The notes beneath the pieces were generated by a model. That model was given only the letters and a program-made list of their open reading frames with translations, searched no databases and had not been told where the DNA came from. Positions 61,497 to 64,000 of a stretch of DNA of 64,000 nucleotides are shown in pieces. The position numbers and the translations under genes were made by a program. Positions within the stretch are counted from its first letter, which is position 1, and every line of letters begins with the position of its first letter. Origin of the DNA: Euglena gracilis (lineage: Eukaryota); assembly GCA_039621445.1 (NCBI GenBank), contig CP154954.1, forward strand, positions 24,936,954 through 25,000,953. Direction: 5' to 3'.

Positions 61497-62350
61497 AACG
61501 GTATCAAAGTGCTTTCACACTGTTATGGGCAATTTTGCAAAAAATGGGGGTACCCCCCCCCCTGAAGCCACAACCGACCAAGTGGCTGACGCTTTGGTAC
61601 AATTATTTCAATTTTCTAAGGCCCAGGCACGTAATGCATACAGTGCTATGCTTTTGATTCCTGGGTTTGGTGGATTGAGATTCCACACCATGTTGGCACC
61701 TTACAAGAGGCTCTGGAACCAAAATCTGGAAAAATATGGTGCATTTTGGGATCCCCTCCCAATTCTCCTGGGGCTGGCCAAGGCCCCCTTTCCCACTGAT
61801 ATGTGTACATTGCGTACACAACTTATTTTTTGCTCACGAATCCTCTGTTTATACAGATCTTCAGATTTGGAGAGGATCAAACGCACAACCAGTGTGTTGG
61901 GCAAGGCGCCCTATATTAAAATTATGCGTAAAGGCCAAAAATTCCACAAATGGGAAAGAGTTGTGTCCATTCCACAATGCCCCCAAATCAGCCCATTTCA
62001 TTTGATGATGTCATACGATGCAGCAACAAGGTCATTCGTCAGACCCGGGGGACCCCTTCTGATTTCACTAAAACCCCCTTTTAAGCCCATTAGTGCAGAT
62101 ACCATTGCTTCTATAACAAAAGAATTTTTGGCCAAGCATGGGGTGACCCCCCAGGTGTGGGGGGGGCACACTCCACCAGAGGGGCAGGAGTTGGTTTGCT
62201 CAAAAAACTGGGCCTTTCTGCCCAAGAAGTGTGTGAGATTGGCCAGTGGAGGGGGGTGGAGGCTTTTACAGCCCACTATCAACAACTTGGTGCCCAAGGT
62301 GCCCTAGAAAATGCCCTGGCCCCCCTAATTTCAGTGCACAATCTGGCCTC
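61400..62350 (+). pseudogene. Tyrosine recombinase, two homopolymer frameshifts (~61555, ~62160)
   Basis: LYRSSDL (R), RKGQK (K), HSTR (H-x-x-R), IGQW, AHY (catalytic Y). Confidence 0.88.
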
Positions 62351-62833
62351 ACAAGGGCAAAGTGGAGCAGATGTGGGATGGAGCAGATGCGGGGATGCGG
62401 TTATTGTAGGGATGTGGCCACATGCAAGTAGATGCGGGATGCGGGTGCTGGAGCAGATGCAGCGGATGCAGCTATGCGTGGATGCGGGAGTGGATGCGGG
62501 GATGCGGCTATTGGAGAGTGGAGATGCAGGTACGAGAGCGGATGCAGGTCAAATCAGCCAAAAGTGACCAAAGTGGCCAAAAGTAGCCAAAAGTAGTACA
62601 AAAGCTCCTAAAGCGGCACAAAGCAACGCAAAATGGCCAAAAGTGACCACACGCAGTCGATAACAACCAAGGAGCAAAAAGGGCACCATCGAGAACCTCA
62701 AAGACGATGCAGGGCCATACAGGGCGATGTGGGAACCAAAGGGGTGGGTGACCGAAGGCGCTCGGTTGTTGCGTCCCCCACTTCTGGATGACCCCGGCCA
62801 AGTCTTGTTTGAAACCAACTTCTCTCCGGCAAC

Positions 62834-63135
62834 CAGGCTTGTGCTTAGTCGGGTGCCTACCCCACGGGGGGGGGTGGGTGGTAGGGGCAGGCACCCCATA
62901 GCCGATCCGACCCCCCCGGGGGGGGTAGGGTTTTGGGGGGTGCCTGCCCCTAGCAGGCACCTCCCTCCGACCCCGGCGCTGAAGGCGCCGGGGGCCCGGA
63001 AAAGGCCATTTTCAATGAAAATTTTCTGGGTCCGGCCCGGACCCCTATCCCCCCCGGGGGGGTGTGCCTGCTAGGGGCAGGCACCCTATAGCACCCACCC
63101 CCCCTCCCCCCCCCCAGTTGGTAAGCACAAGCATG
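62834..63135. mobile_element. CAGGCTTGTGCTTA MITE within the DIRS 3' region
   Basis: Exact TSD ccggcaac; TIR 13/14. Confidence 0.85.
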
Positions 63136-63923
63136 CCGGCAACCCTCCACCATCGTCAGCGTTGGTCACGGCCCCTCCCTCCCTCACCCCGGCGTTGGGC
63201 TGCCCCGGTGGGGGACGTCCACGTGCGTGGAGTGTGTGCGGGGCTACTTCGGAGAGCAGTGCCGCCAAGCCTGGCCAGCGCCTGACCTCACTGCCCTCGG
63301 GGGCTCGCTGGCCTGCGCTGCCCGCCCCACCATCGGGACAGTGTCACACCTGACAACCTGTTGCGGCCGCGCAGAAGACTGTCCTCGGTTCGGGCCAACC
63401 TGTCATCATGGGGAGTTGTCAGGGTCAAGCATCGATAGCTAAAATGGCCTAAAATGGCCCTCGAGGAAAACCGACCAGGGAGGAAGGGACACCGAGGGCG
63501 AAGCACAAAGACCTTGTGAGCCCGACCCCCCCACCCGTAAAAGAAAATTCATCTTCAAAAGCCCTCGGTCAGAGAGTGGGGGACAGGGGGGGCAGAGGGG
63601 GGGGACCCCCCCAAGGGGAAAGAGAAAACGCCACAGCCGTCACGTCGGAGCCACATCGTCAGCCAACTCCGGCGAGGCGGCACTAAGCAGGGAGTCCTAA
63701 CCCAACGCCAAACAACCACACAACACCGCCGGCGAACAAGGCATGGCCTCACAAGGTCTTTGTGCTTCGCCCTCGGTGTCCCTTCCTCCCTGGTCGGTTT
63801 TCCCCGAGGGAGTACGAGCCTCCCTGGAGGCTGGTTACTTGAGGAGCCTCCCTGGAGCCTCCGGTAGGTAACCAATTTTGTGAACAGGCCATGTTCGACA
63901 CTCCACCACCACAGCACAGAATA

Positions 63924-64000
63924 CTCGTACTCCGTCGAGGCAAGCCGAAAAGGGAGGAAGGGACACCGAGGGCGAAGCGCAAAGACATTGTGAGGCCATG
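63924..64000. repeat. Additional diverged copy of the DIRS terminal sequence, running off the window
   Basis: Imperfect reverse complement of 63742-63818. Confidence 0.8.

Larger units (their letters stand above)
58116..63818 (+). mobile_element. DIRS-type tyrosine-recombinase retrotransposon
   Basis: ITRs 58140-58238 / 63659-63756; right extension complementary to internal 63458-63520 (ICR); gag-like region, RT, RNase H, MTase, YR. Confidence 0.92.

Overview
Eukaryotic, repeat-saturated DNA, most likely from a euglenid (inferred from intron type). One intact-looking host gene was reconstructed: a 251-aa four-TM amastin/claudin-like protein (exons 34514-34883, 36064-36284, 40188-40352). It is split by two non-GT-AG introns with the euglenid nonconventional signature (N3-CAG ... 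CTG-N5, paired ends). Most of the rest is deeply nested mobile DNA: a hAT transposon with a decayed BED-finger transposase, many TIR elements with 8-, 9-, 3-bp or TA target duplications, four fragments of CRE-clade (RLE) non-LTR retrotransposons, a foldback element around a 78/112-bp satellite, and a near-complete DIRS tyrosine-recombinase retroelement (RT, RNase H, adenine MTase, YR, ITR/ICR). Lead hypothesis: hAT-type MITEs ending CAG...CTG with 8-bp TSDs have exactly the geometry of euglenid nonconventional introns (3+5=8 nt). They could therefore be spliced out seamlessly and act as intron generators; one copy in the transposase ORF restores the frame exactly under this rule. Also notable: T2A-like ribosome-skipping peptides in RLE-type retroelements, tRNA-like Pol III modules inside TIR elements, and a PHD finger inside a hAT-type element. 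All alignments were done by eye, so coordinates may be off by a few nt. Most ORFs in the supplied track are spurious.
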